Assembly: GCF_036321535.1 (NCBI RefSeq)
Contig: NC_087447.1
Coordinates: 52,020,001-52,084,000, forward strand
DNA: 64,000 bases
Reading direction: 5' to 3'
Source: Camelus dromedarius
Taxonomy: Eukaryota
Part shown: piece by piece, positions 1 to 14,790 of the stretch
Position numbering within the stretch: the stretch's first letter is position 1
How the letters are laid out: the number at the start of each line of letters is the position of its first letter
Translations under genes and position numbers: made by a program
The notes under the pieces: model-generated
Told to the model about the DNA's origin: nothing
The model's input: the letters and a program-made list of their open reading frames with translations, nothing else
Database searches by the model: none

Positions 1-1619
1 TAATGCTCTACTTTGTGTCTATAGGCATAGCTCCTCCCTTCTGCTAAAAAGACTCTCTTTCTGAAAGGCACTGATGCAAAACCTAAGAATTATTCGGTAA
101 TCCGTGTTTGCAGCTTTTGTAACTCCATTTTACATATGCGTATGACTCAGAATCAGGCTTTTCTATTTTCTAGACTTTTAACTCAACCCTAGGCAAACTA
201 CAAACCATCTTATTTATCATCTTTGGAAGATGAGGATGAACTAACTGTTCTCCAGTGGTCCTGGCTCCCTGAGAAAGAACTTCTAAAACAGATACATGAT
301 GAAATGGATAGCGCCTCCACCTTTTAATTTGGCTTCACTTATGTGTCTCTGAATGCCACAAAGAAAAACAAATACTCTTAATAATATAATTGTATGAACT
401 ACACAAAGGATAAAGAGACTTCAAAGTATCTGAGCAGTCATTTTCAAGTTCCCAAGTCACAGCTAACCCTCAAGAGGTATATAAGAGATACAGTTATCAA
501 ATCAACATGTATTTTGGCTACAAAGGGCATGCATGAAAATTTTTGAGATAATTCTTTGTACAGTAGCCCCTAAAGCACTGTTTTGCCTAGAGGTCACCAA
601 ATGTTTTCAATGAACCTCACACTATACTGTCCTGAAGTAGAATCTGGAGTAAAAGCACAGAATAGGAAAGTACCCAGTTGAAAAAACTAAGGAAAGTCAC
701 CAAATCATGTTCCAGAAACAAAAATCTGTAGGTTTTTATCTTTATCTCTCAATCTCTATCATAATTCATAAACGAAATCTGCCTCTTAAATAAGGATGGC
801 TCAGGTTCTGCATACTCTCCAAATCACACAGATTTATGCAGCAATGTCTGCTACCTGGTTAAAGTGGCAAAATACAAGTTTTATTTTTTCAGTGTAGGGG
901 TATAACATGGGAAATCAAGTGGGGGTTGACATCAAGATAAATAGAAATAATGTGAACATCAACCAATATATGTGACTAAGCTTATTTGTTGCCAGTTTTT
1001 ACTGGTGAGAAAGAAGCAAAAACCATGGCTCAGTTTATTAGAAATTTCTTTTTGAGGAACAAAGATGAAGTTTCCTTTTATTTGTATAAAAGGAAGTAAA
1101 TCTATTTTGGTAAAGTAAAATACACAGAAGTGTTTCAGTGGTTTCTATAATTCATGCACATAGTATACAGGTGAAATTTTTAAATTTCAATTTTTTTGAA
1201 AGACACTAAATTTCCCAAATTCATACAAAGAGGAATTCATGCCAACAACATGGAAATGTAAAACAAAATTTTACTTTCATAATAAGGGTATTTTAAAATA
1301 CCTAAATAGATCCAACATAATATTATTCCAAGTTTGTCAATGCATTTTCTGATGGGATATTTTTTTTCCAGCCAGAATAGATTGATGAAATAAGTCCAAA
1401 GCACAGAAGTAGTTCAAACCCACAGAGGTAAAAGAAATAGCTACTGCAGCCTAGGGTCTAGCTATCTGTCCTTATCTTATTAAGATCATTATTTACCATG
1501 AGACATATTTATTTATTTCTTCAACAAATATATTTATTAGGCTACAAACCACTAAGGAAAATATAGATGTAAATGAGGTATGACTTTTACCTACAGGTAA
1601 CTTACAGACTAGTCGGGAA

Positions 1620-3200
1620 GATCATAGATCTAAATGTACAAGCTACAATTATAAAATTCCTAGGGAAAATACACAGAAGAAAATCTCTGCAACTTTTTGA
1701 ATAGAATACAAAAATCATAAATCACATAAGAAAAAACTGATAAAGTATAAGCCACCACCACCAACAAAAAAAACCCAACTCTGGTCTTCAAAAGACACTG
1801 TTAAAAAGATGGAACAGAAAGGCACAGTGGGAGAAAGTATTTATAACACATGTATCTGATAAAGGACATAGCCAGAACATACAAAGAACTCTTATAACAA
1901 TAGTAAGACAAACAACCTAATTAAAATGGGCAAAAGAATTAAAAAGATAATTCATAAAAGAAGATATATGAAAGCCCAATAAGCACATAAGAAAAAAAGT
2001 TTACCACTATTAGTTATCACAGAAATGCAAATGTCATTTTAAGTGAAGTAAGCCAGAAAGAGAAAGAAAAATACCATATGAGATTGCTCGTATGTGGAAT
2101 CTAAAAACAAACAAACAAACAAAAAAACCCCATAAATATAGAACAGAAACAGACTCATAGACATAGAATACAAGCTTGTGGTTGCCAAGGGGGCAGAGGG
2201 TGGGAAGGGACAAAGATTTTAAAATTTGTAGATACTGACAGGCATATGCAGAATAGATAAACAAGATTATACTGTATAGCACAGGGAAATATATACAAGA
2301 TCTTATGGTGGCTCACAGCAAAAAAAAATGTGACAATGAATATATGTATGTTTATGGATAACTGAAAAATTGTGCTCTACACTGGAATTTGATACAACAT
2401 TGTAAAATGACTATAATTCAATAAAGAAATGTTAAAAAAATATGGTGAGATATCATAGAGTTAGTAGAATGATTAAAAAAATACAACACTAATTTTTATC
2501 AAAGATGTGGAGCAAACAGAACCCTCATCCATTGCTTACTCACCAGTATTTTACTTGTAAAATAGTACAAGTACTTCAGAAAACTGCTTGGCAGCTTCTT
2601 CTAAAGTCAATCATACATTTACCATACAAGCCAACAACTCTTAGGTATCTACCCAAGGGAAATGAAACCATATGCACGTAACATGTGCATACCTGCACAA
2701 ATTTTCACAAGCTTCATTCAAAATAGGCCCAAACTGGAAACAACTAAAATGCCTATCAAAAGATGAATAAATTAACAAATTACATATCCATGCAATGGAG
2801 TAACACTCAGCAATACAAAGGAACAAACTACTGGATAAATCTCGAAAGCATTATGTTGAGTGAAAGACGTCATATACAGAAGAGTAAATATATACTGTAT
2901 GATAACCACTTATATAAAATAAACTAAGTATTACATAGATACCATTTATATGAAATTCTAGAAAAGGGAAATCTAATCTATGGTGACAGAAAGCAGATCA
3001 CTTGTTACCTGGGGCACAGAGCTGCGGAGGGAGACTGACTGCAAAGGGAATTGAGAGGATTTTGGGGGTTGATAAAATATTTTATATTTTTATCAGTAGA
3101 GATTAGAAAGGTTAATAATTTCTTCTCAGTTTATTGAACTGTAAACTTTAAATGGGTGCATTTTTTATTGTATGTAAAGTATACTCAATAAAGTTAATAG
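1620..3200 (+). mobile_element. Old L1 (L1M-type) ORF2 end / 3' UTR, interrupted by a younger L1
   Basis: L1 hallmarks aaatgggcaaaag, gaaatgcaaat, ggtatctacccaaggg and terminal ctcaataaag. Confidence 0.8.
2034..2440 (+). mobile_element. Younger 5'-truncated L1 3' UTR nested in the old L1
   Basis: aagtgaagtaagccagaaagagaaag...actgtatagcacaggg...aataaa plus A tail; it splits the host motif gaaatgcaaat/.../gagatatca. Confidence 0.8.
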
Positions 3201-5534
3201 AGAAGCAACAATAACAAAAAGAGCTTATTGCTATACTGGTTTATCCTGTTGCTTCATTATTTACATTAAAATCTTGCCCCAACTACATATATATGAAAGG
3301 TGAATTGTCAGGCTCTTGGAACCACAGAAAGGTCACAGCAATGATCTACTTCAAAGAACAAAAGAATCCAAAACACAGTGACACCTCACTGTCAACATAA
3401 CTGACCACAGCTGAGGGCAGACTGTGACCTAATCTGCACTCATAGTTTATTTCTGATTTGGTTTTCAAATTCTGACAGTTATCTGATTTTTGTGTCCTAA
3501 CACCTTCCTTTGTTCCAGGTGCTAGCTAGTTCAATTTAACCTACTAACTTGTCTTTTGAGCTCTGAATCCTGGCAGACTCACCATTTATCCCAATTCTCT
3601 GCTATGGGTAAACTTCAGTTCTGTTACTGCTGTAAAACAACTTGATAACTAGCTGTCAGCTCTTTTTCCTGGTTACACCACCTTGGCTTCTTTCTTTAGC
3701 TAGTCCTTCATAATCACGTTGAGCTTTTCAGGTCCCCACTGTCATCACTACCATTATCAAAGCACTTACCAGTTCAGTGACAAACTGTGATAAACACTGG
3801 GCTTTCTGTAGTATCTAATTCTCACAACAGCTCTGCAAGGTGGCCATTACAATTTATCTTTTTGGTTAGAAGTGGAAGCTCAGACTATTAAGCTTACAGA
3901 ACTAATATACAAAGAAGCTAGAATTCCAATTTAAGTATGACTATAATCTCTTCAATTAACAGAACCATTCACTTAACAAATTCAGTACTTTTGGGCAGGG
4001 TAACATTGTCTTAGTAGCTACTTAATTCTGTAACAGCACTGGTAACCCTCTACACGTCAATCAACGAGGCTGTCATATTTTTGACATCCTTTTTGGCGTC
4101 CAACACAGTTACATACTATTTGGGTGAACACTAAAATTACAGTTGAATAAATGAGAAGCCATAGATATTTTTAGGTAGAAGAAAACAAGCTAGGGGAAAA
4201 AGAAGTTAAAATGACATGAATTCTCTCTGTTCCCAACTCAATCTAAATTCTGCAAACACGCGACCAACACAGACTTTTTCCCCTGTTCTCCTAAAAAAGT
4301 AAAGTCACCAGAGCAAAACAGAATTTGGACAAGATTCTACAGTAACTGAAAGAAGTAGCATTAGTTTTGCTCTTTATAGTTCCAATTACTGTCCATATTG
4401 GCCAAATTACTAAGGATTAATTTGATGTCTCACTATAGTAACCTACATTTGCTTTCAGACAATGCCAATAGGCAACGCATTTCATGCAAAAGGAGTTCTA
4501 TTTGTATTATTCAAAGGATTGACTGCAATTTTTTTTTTAAACTCACACCAAACTTGCTTATACCAAAAGCATTCAATACGTCAGATATTTTGTCTGCTTA
4601 GCAAGAACTCATTGAGCTAGATAACAGAAGAGTGGGGCTATTCTTCCATACATTATAAGTAGAGAAAAGGCAGGTTAGTAATCTCTCTTACAAAGGAATG
4701 CAATACTAGAAATAGGCAGAGAACCCAGTGTTTAGACTTCCAAGGAGATATGCAAATACTGGAGACTTAACACATTTAGTTAGAGACATTAAATCATTAT
4801 GCAAATAAGTGCATTAACTAGCAATTAAAGAAAGCAAATTAATACCACTCAAGCTGGTAAAAACGAAGTTCAAATAGTGAGTTAAACATACATACTCATA
4901 TTGACTCCTTCCTGAACATAAACAATCAAAATAACACGAAAAACAATTTAAAAGAAACAAACAGGGAGGGGGCCTTCAGTGGACAAGAAATATCAGCACA
5001 TCTTTGGAAAACAGAAAAAAGATGGTTGAGTGATGACCAATGTGCCACATCATGGAAGCCATTAGCTATACGGAACAGAGTGAGTATAATGCAGCAGAAA
5101 GCATATGGCCTGCACACAGAACCGTGGAGGCTGGGGAAGGGGAAAACGGAGATTCATTGAGAGATTACTTACGGATCTGTCAACCCTCCCCTATCTCTCA
5201 ACAGAATGGCTGACTGCCAGATGTCCCCACCAACCAGGGAACAGAGGGCCTTTCTCTAAAGCAGTGGTCCTCTGCATCATCATTAGCTGGTTATTTGTTA
5301 CAACAGATTGCTGGGGCCCACTCCCATTGTTTCTGATTGAGTAGTGTTTGGCAGGTGCTGGGAGGAGAGGAGAATGAGAATTTCTTTTTGAAGTAGTGGA
5401 AATTGGTGGTGATGGCTGCACAACTTTGTGAATACAGTAAAACTACTGAATTGTACATTTTCAAAGGGTGAATTTTATGGTATTTGCGTTGTATCTCAAT
5501 AAAACTGTTCTTTAAAAGAATCATTTACATGACT

Positions 5535-5738
5535 GGGGGGGGCAACCCTTTGTGCAGTCAAAAATCCATGTATAACTAACTCACAGTCAACCCTCCGTAT
5601 CAGCAGTTCCTCTGTGTCTATATCTCTTCTGTGGATTCAACCAACCAGCTGTGTAGTACCGTATTTATTTACTATTGAAAAAATTCCGCACTAAGTGGAC
5701 CTGTGCAGTTCAAATCCATGTTGTTCAGGGGTCAACTG
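5535..5738. mobile_element. Tigger2/MER8-like TcMar DNA transposon relic
   Basis: Ends in gttgttcaggggtcaactg followed by TA, matching the CAGTTGACCCTTGAACAAC terminus. Confidence 0.75.
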
Positions 5739-6419
5739 TACTTATTTGCACAACAGGGCTCTCACAGAAGCCCACCAAATGGATTTGAACAACTATTAAA
5801 TCATGTCTCTCTCTTGTCTTCCCTATGTTAAACATATTCAGTTTCTTCACCCATTTCTTTAAGACAAGATGTCCAGGTCCCACTTATCCTGGCTGTTGTC
5901 CTGAAGTTAGATAGGATACAAAGTCACAACCTTTTTATATAAGGCTTAATAAAAGGTTTATTTAGAAGTGGAGAAAGAACTAGGACAGAGAAGTTAGATA
6001 GTTTTCTAGCTTTTGGTGACTTGGATAAATATAATCCATTCAAGAATAACTTTCAAAGATGACATAAAAATACCGAAAGATGTTCTGCCACCCACTACAG
6101 ATTAACATGTACTGAGGTAACTAAAATATTCCACACCATAAAATGCCCTGCAGTAATGGAGAGAAGAAGTTGTATTAACTGGATTTCTGTTGTTCCAAGA
6201 ACAACAAAGCAACAGACTATAAACCAAATACAACAGCCAGTAGTCATTAAATATAAATGACATTTCCAAATGTACTATCAAGTAATCATTCTAGTGATAA
6301 GGTTACCTCCAAATTAAATTCAACCTAGACAAGGTGAAATTCCCTTGCCATATGCTCTACTTGCCCTTGAGACAATCTTTTTTACAACAGTTACCATATT
6401 TCTAATTTCTTATTTAATG

Positions 6420-6552
6420 TTTGTCTTGTTCATTAGACTGTACAGGGTCATGAAGGCTGGAATCATATCTCTCTTGTTCGTCTCTGTATCCCAGCACCTA
6501 ACCAAGTGTCTGGCACACAGCTGCCTCTCAACAAATGTTCAACTGAACTGAG
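6420..6552 (+). mobile_element. L2 3' end
   Basis: ctgtatcccagcacctaaccaagtgtctggcacacag...caacaaatgtt resembles the L2 terminus. Confidence 0.65.
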
Positions 6553-6813
6553 ATTGATTTTTGAGCCCTGGATCACACAAGTATTAGTAAGAGAAACCAA
6601 GAAGACAAAGGCACAAGAAAAGAGTCTGAGGAATTTACAGGCTAATGAGAACGTAAGTATATAAACAGATAATTTCAACATTTTTAAATAAATAACATTG
6701 GCAGGAAATCCTTTTCCAACATGTATTTAAGTTTTTATTCTGTATTAAGTAACAGAGTTACAAAATTAAATAAAACAGTCCCTAAATTCAAAAGCTCAGC
6801 ATCTAAGCTACAG

Positions 6814-6840
<27 letters not shown>
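6814..6840. repeat. A27 homopolymer
   Basis: Directly visible. Confidence 0.95.
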
Positions 6841-6844
<4 letters not shown>

Positions 6845-9195
6845 AATGATTCCAGTGTTATAAAATAGATACAAATAAAGCAACATGGGCATACAAAAGA
6901 AGGCATTTAAACAAGAAAGATGTGGTGGTGGTGGCTGGGTTGGGGTGGGGATTCTGTGTGAGATCATTTTAGAGCTGAATTTAGACTGATGGGCAGGGGT
7001 TAGCTAGACAAAGGCATGGGCAAAGGACATTCTAGGGAGAAAAAACATACGCAAAGGAACACAAATAAGTGAAACAGGACAATGTGATTAGAGTATTATA
7101 AGCAGTTGAGGACAGCTGAAGCAAACGGAAGTGGAAGCAAATGACTGAATGAATGCAAAGGGTGTGGGAAAAGAAGAATTTGGAATGATATCCATGCAGC
7201 TGCTTTGACAAACTGGAAGAATGGTTGCACCACTTCCTGAGATAGGGACTTCAGAAGGAAAAAAACAGATCTGGGGAGTAAGATGCTTTTAATTTCGAAC
7301 ATGTTGAGATGAATATACAATAGCCAACTGGAGAATAAAACTGGTGCTTTAGTTTACAGGTGGGGAGCTGAGCAGAGATTCCATGTTAGAGAGCTGAACT
7401 TCACAACACCATTCTTTGACTATCACCATGTATTCATCCTGGTTTTTACTCTAATACTTTCACACTAACAGTTCTACAGTAAGACCTCCAATTCTTTAAG
7501 CCCATTGATTTTCCATCTTCGCTTTCTACCCTTATTTCCTCACCTCCCTCCTTACCAAAGCATCAATACCTTGATCTATCATTACAACCTTCTGCACTTA
7601 TCTTCTTCCATCAAACTCATTTGGTAAAACCCAACCCTTAGTTAATCCACATGTTCACATTCTGTTTGCACCCAAGCAAGCTAAATATTCTTACTTAAAA
7701 GCCTCTGAATTTGCTGCTCAATTTGCCTGAAGTGCTCATCCCCTGGCTATGCTATACAAGTAATGAATAATGAATGAAGTTCATGAGTCATTTATACCAA
7801 TAGTCTGTTAGTTCATATTTCTATCTAAACAGGGTTAATTTTTCGTATAAATAATATACTAAAATAAGAAATCTGTTTTAAGGTCCCACAATTAGGACAA
7901 CAGCATAAGGAACCATCATCATTCACACACATTCAGGAAACAATAAGGTAATCAAAGACCTCAAAATTTCATGGTGACATCATTTCCATGAATACAGTAA
8001 AAGCAGTGATGAACAGACACTTAACTCCTGTTGTGGGCTCAACTTTATAGTGGAAACAGTAGAGGAAATTTTTAGAAGAATGAAAATTTGTGCTTAACAA
8101 ATTCAGTTTAGCAATATTTACTAAATACTGATTATTTTAGTAGATGTAAATATTTAGAATATTTATAATCTATAGGATACACATATATGAAATGAACTAC
8201 AAACTGGCAAAACGTTAAAAACAATAAACTTTTTTTTGAAGTAGGTCAGTAGTATAAAAGAATAGAAAAAGAGAGAAATAATTTCTGTTAAGAGAAATAC
8301 AGGGAAGGAGCCAAGGAGGAAATCATACTTCAGTTGAGGCTTGAGGAACGGGCAGATGTGGAAAAAGCAGCAGTAGAGGAGGAGGAGTATTAGAAACACA
8401 CAGGTAGATGAAAATACACGGCACAAATAAAATAGCTATAAAATCTTGAAAATCAAATAAATAATAATGAACAAAATTCAGGTGAGCATCGGAGTATTAA
8501 ACGGATGAAGAATGAGAAAGTCATATGGGATGGGAAGACAGTTTCATACCCAGTTATAAAGGGTACCTCAGTTTAAATCAGGTTCACATGCTGACATTCT
8601 TACCACAGCCACTTCACAGGATGAGTGCATCCTGAGTATGAATGTTTCATGGCTTCTGAGCTCAGCATCTGAACTGATGAGATAACCCAAGGGAATGAGT
8701 TTAGGCTTGCTCATACCAATCACAAAGCAACCAATTAATCAAACTGGAGTGAAATCAACTCAAAGACCAAAATGATTTTTTTTCCTCCCAAAATGGAAAT
8801 AGCTAATTTTTTTCACTAAAAAAGTAATAAACCTAGTCTTTCAAACCTGAAAAAAAAAAGTTTAAGGAAGAAAATAAAAATGAGATAGTCATTGTTTACA
8901 AGCTGAATATCGGTGTATATTTACCAGACTTTCCATGTATACATATACACACATTGTAAAAAACTGGAATCACATTCTATTTCCTATGTCATGACCACTT
9001 GTTTTTAACAATACGTTGTGAAGCTTTATCATCAATTTTAATGGCTGTACAGTAAATCACTGTTTAGCTGAATCATAATTTAACCCTCAGTTTACTGCCA
9101 AGGTAAACTAGTTTTAATTTTTAACTTTCTCTGTTGAGCAATTTCAGCTATTTCTAAAAATTAGTATTTCATGACTTTTATACATTTTTAGAAGC

Positions 9196-9649
9196 TGTAT
9201 TAGTTTCCTAAGGTGGCCACAACAACTTACCACAAACTGGGTAGCTTAAAACAACAGAAATTTATTCCCTCCAGCCTATGGAGGCTAAAAGTCTGAAACT
9301 GAGGTGTTGGCAGAGCAATGCTCCCTCTGAAGGTTTTAGGGAAGAATCATTCCTTGCCTCTTTCTAGTTTTTGGTGGCTTCCAGCAATCTTTAGCATTCC
9401 TCAGCATCACTTTAGTCTCTGTCATTGCCTTCACATGGCCTTCTTCCCACTGTGTGTGTCTTCTCTGTGTCTGTGTATCTCCTCTGTGCCTTTGTATCCA
9501 AACCTCCTTCTCCTTTCTCTTATAAAGACACAGTCATTGAGGATCCAATCCAGTATTTTAATTTGGTCACATCTGCAAAGACCTTATTTCCAAATAAGAT
9601 TGCATTCACAGGACTTGTCTTTTGGGGAGATACAATTCAAGCCACTATA
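9196..9649 (-). mobile_element. MaLR solo LTR (MLT1-like)
   Basis: tgtattagtttcct...accacaaactgggtagcttaaaacaacagaaatttatt...ccttatttccaaataag, typical of MLT1. Confidence 0.85.
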
Positions 9650-10454
9650 GAGGTCATCCAAGAGACAGATAAATTTCTGTCTTTCTCCAATAGAATAAAA
9701 CCCGTTGAATCCTTTCATGAACCTCCGGTACATAAGGGGTTTTAGTGATCTTACTTTTCCTATATATTGAAATCTTTTGCTATCTCATCATCCTAGAAAT
9801 TATTTTATCATTACTCATCAATTATTCCTAATTAAGTTAAAAAAGAATGAAATGTTACGAGAACAGAAGAATGATAGATATCTGAGATGCATAGTGGATA
9901 AGAGGGAGATACACAGTGAGATGACTCATCTCCATTGTATCATCTTCAGTTTTCTTATTGCAGTACACAGACTATCCTGTTATCTTTCACGAAGGTATTA
10001 GAAAAGCCCAGAGACACTACTGTTGTAGTCTTTTCTGTAGTTTTCAGAGAACATAGTTCAGAAGTGAGATTTTTTATTCTTTACTCATAATGACAAATAG
10101 AAGAAAAATGATAAAGATGCCTCATAAACATTAGACAAACCAGGAAATGAAAACAGAGACAGATAGTTAACAATCTAGTCTCTAATGATGGTAAAATTGG
10201 TTGTATAAGTGAAATCTCAGTCTGTGAGCCCTCAGATAACAATATCCTAAATCAATTTGCTCAAACTCAAGAACTAGTTAAATGGGTAATACACTTCTAA
10301 GGGCAAAAGGAAATACGGTATTTTCATTCAATTAGTCATTCCATAGTAAGGACTTCAGCACACAATAATTTGCAGTAAGAACCTGGACCATATCATTTGG
10401 CTAAAAGGATATGTTATAATATTTTTTTTTAAATTTTAAAATATTTACTAAAAT

Positions 10455-12465
10455 TTTTTTCTTCCAGTTTTATTGAGATATAATTGGCATACAGCACTGT
10501 ATAAGTTTAAGGAGTACCACATGATTTGACTTAAATACTTTGTGAAATGATTACCACAGTAATTTTTAGTGAACATTCATCATTTTATATAGAGACAAAA
10601 AATATTTTTCTTTGTGATGAGAACTCTTAGGCTTTACTCTGTTGACAACTTTCATACAAAACATACAGCAGTGTCAATTATATTAATCATGTGGTAGATT
10701 ACATCCCTAGTACTTATTTATAACTGGAAGTTTGTACCTTTTGACCACCTTCATCCAATTCCCTTTCCCCTCACCCTCTGTCTCTGGTAACCACAAATCT
10801 GATCTTTTTCTCTATGAGTTTGTTTTTGAAGTATAATTGAATATAGCACTATGTTAGTTCCTGGTGCACAACATAGTGATTTGATGTTTCTATTTGTTAC
10901 AAAATGATCACCATGCTAAGTCTAGTTATCATATGTCACCATACTATGATGTTACATTATTATTGTTCATATTTATCACTGTACATTTTATCCCTGTGAC
11001 TCATTCATTTTGCTAACTGGAAGCCTTTATCTCTCAATGTCCCTTACCTATTTCATTCATTCTCCTCCCCCTCTTCTCTGGCAACCATCTTTCAGTTCTC
11101 TGTAGCTATGATCCTGTTTATGTTTAGTCATGTTTGTTCATTTGTTTTTTAGATCCCACATATAAGTGAAATCATACAATATTTGTCTTTCTCTGTCTTG
11201 ACTTATTCCACTTAGCACAATACTCTGCAAGTTCACCCATGTTGTCACAAATGGCAAGACTTTATTTTTTATGGCTGAGTAATATTTCATTGTATATTTA
11301 TACCACATCTTTATTATCCATTCTTCTATCCATAGACAGTTCAGTTGCTTCTATATCTTGCCTATTGAAAATAATGCTGCATGAACACAGGGGTGTATAT
11401 AACATTTCAAATTAGTGTATTTGTTTTCTCTAGAATAACATCCAGAAGTGAAATTCTGCATCAACAGTAGTTCTATTTTTAATACTTTGAGGAATCTCCA
11501 TAGTTGCTGCACCTACATACATTCCCACCAACAGTGCATGAGGGTTCCCTTTTCGGCACATCCTCACCAACATATTTGTTGTTTGTTATCTGTTATTTAT
11601 TGTTTTTTTGATTATAGTCATTTTAACAGGTGTGAGGTGTTATTTCATTGTGGTTTCAATTTGCATTTGCCTGAAGAGAGTAATGTTCAGTATCTTTTCA
11701 TGTGCCTGTTGCCCACCTGTGTATCTTCTTTGGAAAAATATCTATTCATGTCCTCAGTCAATTTTTTAATTGGGTTGTTTGATTTTTTGGTTGACTTGTG
11801 TGAGTTCTTAGCATATTTTGTATATTAATCCTTTATCAGATATATCATTTGCAAATATCTTCTCCCATTCAGGAGGCAGCCTTTTTGCTTCACTGATGGT
11901 TTCCTTTACTGTGCGAAAACATTTCAGTTTGATGTAGTCCCGTTTGTTTATTTTTACTTTTTTTTGTCCTTGCTTGAGGGAGACATATCCAAAATAATAT
12001 TGCTAAGACTGATGTCAAAGAGCATATTGACTGTTTTCTTGTGGAAGTTTCATGTCTTCCATTTAAGTCTTTAATTCATTTTGAGTTTTTTTCTGTATAT
12101 GGTGTGAGAAAGTAAACCAGTTTGATTCTTCTGCCTGTAGCTGTCAAGTTTTTCCAACACTGTTTATTGAAGAGATGACTGTCTTTCCCTCACTGTACAT
12201 TCTTATCTTTTGTCATAGATTAACTGACAATATTTCTGGGCCCCCTATTCTGTTCCACCGATCTATGTGTCTGTATCTATGTGGCTGTTATCTATGTACC
12301 ATACTGTTTTCATTACTGAAGCTTTGTAGTGTAGTTTGAAATCAGGGAGCATGATACTTCCAGCTTTGCTCTCCTTTCTCAAGATTGTTTTGGCTATTCA
12401 GGTCTTTTGTTTCCATATACACTTTAGAATTATTTGTTCTAGTTCTTTGAAAAATGCTTTTGTGG
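10455..12465 (-). mobile_element. About 2 kb 5'-truncated L1 (ORF2 end and 3' UTR), sense to NARS2
   Basis: ttttattgagatataatt 3' end, cattcccaccaacagtgcatgagggttccc and tttgcaaatatcttctcccattc; explains ORF 11448..11828. Confidence 0.9.
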
Positions 12466-13249
12466 AGCAAAAAAGATGGCCATCCACTCTTTAACAAAAT
12501 TATGAGCTGTCAAAGTTCTTAAAAATTTGAGTTTGCTATGTTTAAATACTTAATAAAATTCTAAAAGTTGATTTTCACTACCCCTTTATTTTTATTTCTG
12601 CAAATTACTCATAAGATGGCTTAAAGATATTTATTAAAAATAAGGTCCCTTACTCCCAGATGGTAAATGGTGATGAATATTTTCCTGGTATACTGAGGGT
12701 TAATCAATTTTCTTAAATACTTAGATTGTTAGTAATTTTTCATTAGTATACAGTTGCTTCCACTATTTTTTTTACACATCTTTATAGAGTTTTCAGATAA
12801 TTTCCTTAAGAAAAGTTTTTAGGAACAAAATTTTGAGTGCAAAGGTATTTCTCTAGAGAGGCCACACTAATTTATACTTTCAATAATAATGTTCAAAAGG
12901 ATAGCATCAGTTTTATCCTGAAATACGCTTTACTTCACAGCTTAGTTTAAAAAAAAAATCGTAGTAAGGAAAGAAACACCTATAACAAAATATACAAAGA
13001 AAAAAGAAAAACAAAATCAACGAAAAAAGAAAAACAATAATAATCCACAATTCTTTTAAATACAATTAGGCTAAGCCTTCCTCAAATTCTGACTTTAGCT
13101 CACAAAAAATGGAAAATTCTATTACATGACATTTTTTAAGTGTAGGTTTTGCAATTTGGAACATTTCTAATTCTTTCAGAATGAACATTCCACTTATATT
13201 ATATTTATAGGCAGAAAGTAATGAAAACACAGCTTTCTCTTATTTAGAA

Positions 13250-14790
13250 ACATATTTATAGCTCTGTCTGCTGAGAGGGCTTAGAAGCTAGAATCCCCCA
13301 GTAGTAGCAAGATACCTAGAGACTAAATTCTGGTTTCTAAACACCACTTTCCAATAAAAGGAAACAAGGCTCCTTGGAGAAATGCTTGATTCTATGGTAA
13401 GGAAAATAAATAGTAAGTTTGGAATAACTGCCAAAACTTGTAAGCAATCAAGATGCCCTTCAGTAGGTGAATGGGTAAATAAACAAACTATGGTATGTCC
13501 AGATGATGAAATATTATTCAGTGCTGAAAAAGAAGAACTATCAAGCCATGAAAAGATATGGAGGAATCTTAAATGCATATTACTAAGTGAAAGAAGCCAA
13601 TCTGAAAAGGCTATACAATGTATGATTCCAACTACGTGACGTTCTGGAAAAGGCAAAACATTGAACACAGTAAAAAGATCAGTGGTCACCAGGGGTTAGG
13701 AAGCAGGGAAGGATGAATAGGAGGAGCATGGAGGTTTTTAGAGCAGTGAAACTATTCTATGTGACACCACTTGTCCAAGCCCAATGAACATACACCATCA
13801 AGAATGAACCCTAAGTAAACTAGACTTTGAGTGATAATACTGCTTAAGTATAGGTTCATTAATCATAAAAAAAATAAAACAAACAAATCTGGGGTATCTT
13901 ACAGTACCAGAGAATAAGGAAGTACTCAAAAGACAGAAGGATAGGGGCATGTGACAGGGATACAAGAGTTACTCTGAAAGAGTTCCCAACAGCTAAAACT
14001 ACAACAGTGTAAGCAACAAAATAAACACAGCAACAAAGTACAACCCAAACCATGAAACATACATCAGTACATCCTGAGGTAAACGATGACATAAATGAAT
14101 ACACAAGAGTGAAGAGACAATAAATCATCCACACAGAAGACTTCCAAATACTTCCCCCTCCAGGAGATGGTGCTTAATTCCATCTCCCACTTTCCAACAC
14201 CACACTCCCACCTCCAGTGAAGGTGGGCTACGCATTTAGTAACTCACTTTCAAAGAACAGTATACAGGAAAAGGAAAAATAGTACACTTTAGTGGAGAAA
14301 CTTGGCAACACTACCGTACCCAAGTGATAAGGATTAATAGCATGTCATGGACATCAAGTCCCCCCTGACATGACACGATGAGAAGAGACTTCACCTCTGT
14401 GGTATTCTTTCCCCAAACCCCTAAAACTCCAGAAAAACATCAGAAAAGTCCAGATTGGGATACTTTCTACAAGTCATGAAAAACAAGGGAAGACCGAGAA
14501 ACTGTTATAGACTGGGTAAGACTAGGGAAACATGACAGCTAAATTTAATATGCACCTTGAAGTAAATCCAAGGAAAAGAAGGCATTGAGGGAACACCTCT
14601 GAAATCCAAATAAAGTTGGGGATTTAGTTACTAGCAATGTACTAATATTGGGTTCTTAGTTTTCACAAATGTACCACGGTAATGTAAGATGTTAACAATG
14701 GGGGAAACTGGGTGAGAGGTATACAAGAAATTTGCACTACCCTTGTAATCTTTCTATAGTAAAAATTCATTAAAAAATAGAAAGCTAATT
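13250..14790 (+). mobile_element. Composite L1MC-like 3' fragments
   Basis: ORF 13382..13639 translates to degenerate L1 ORF2 C-terminus (TAKTCKQSRCPSVGEWVNK); terminal ggggaaactgggtgagaggtataca. Confidence 0.8.
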
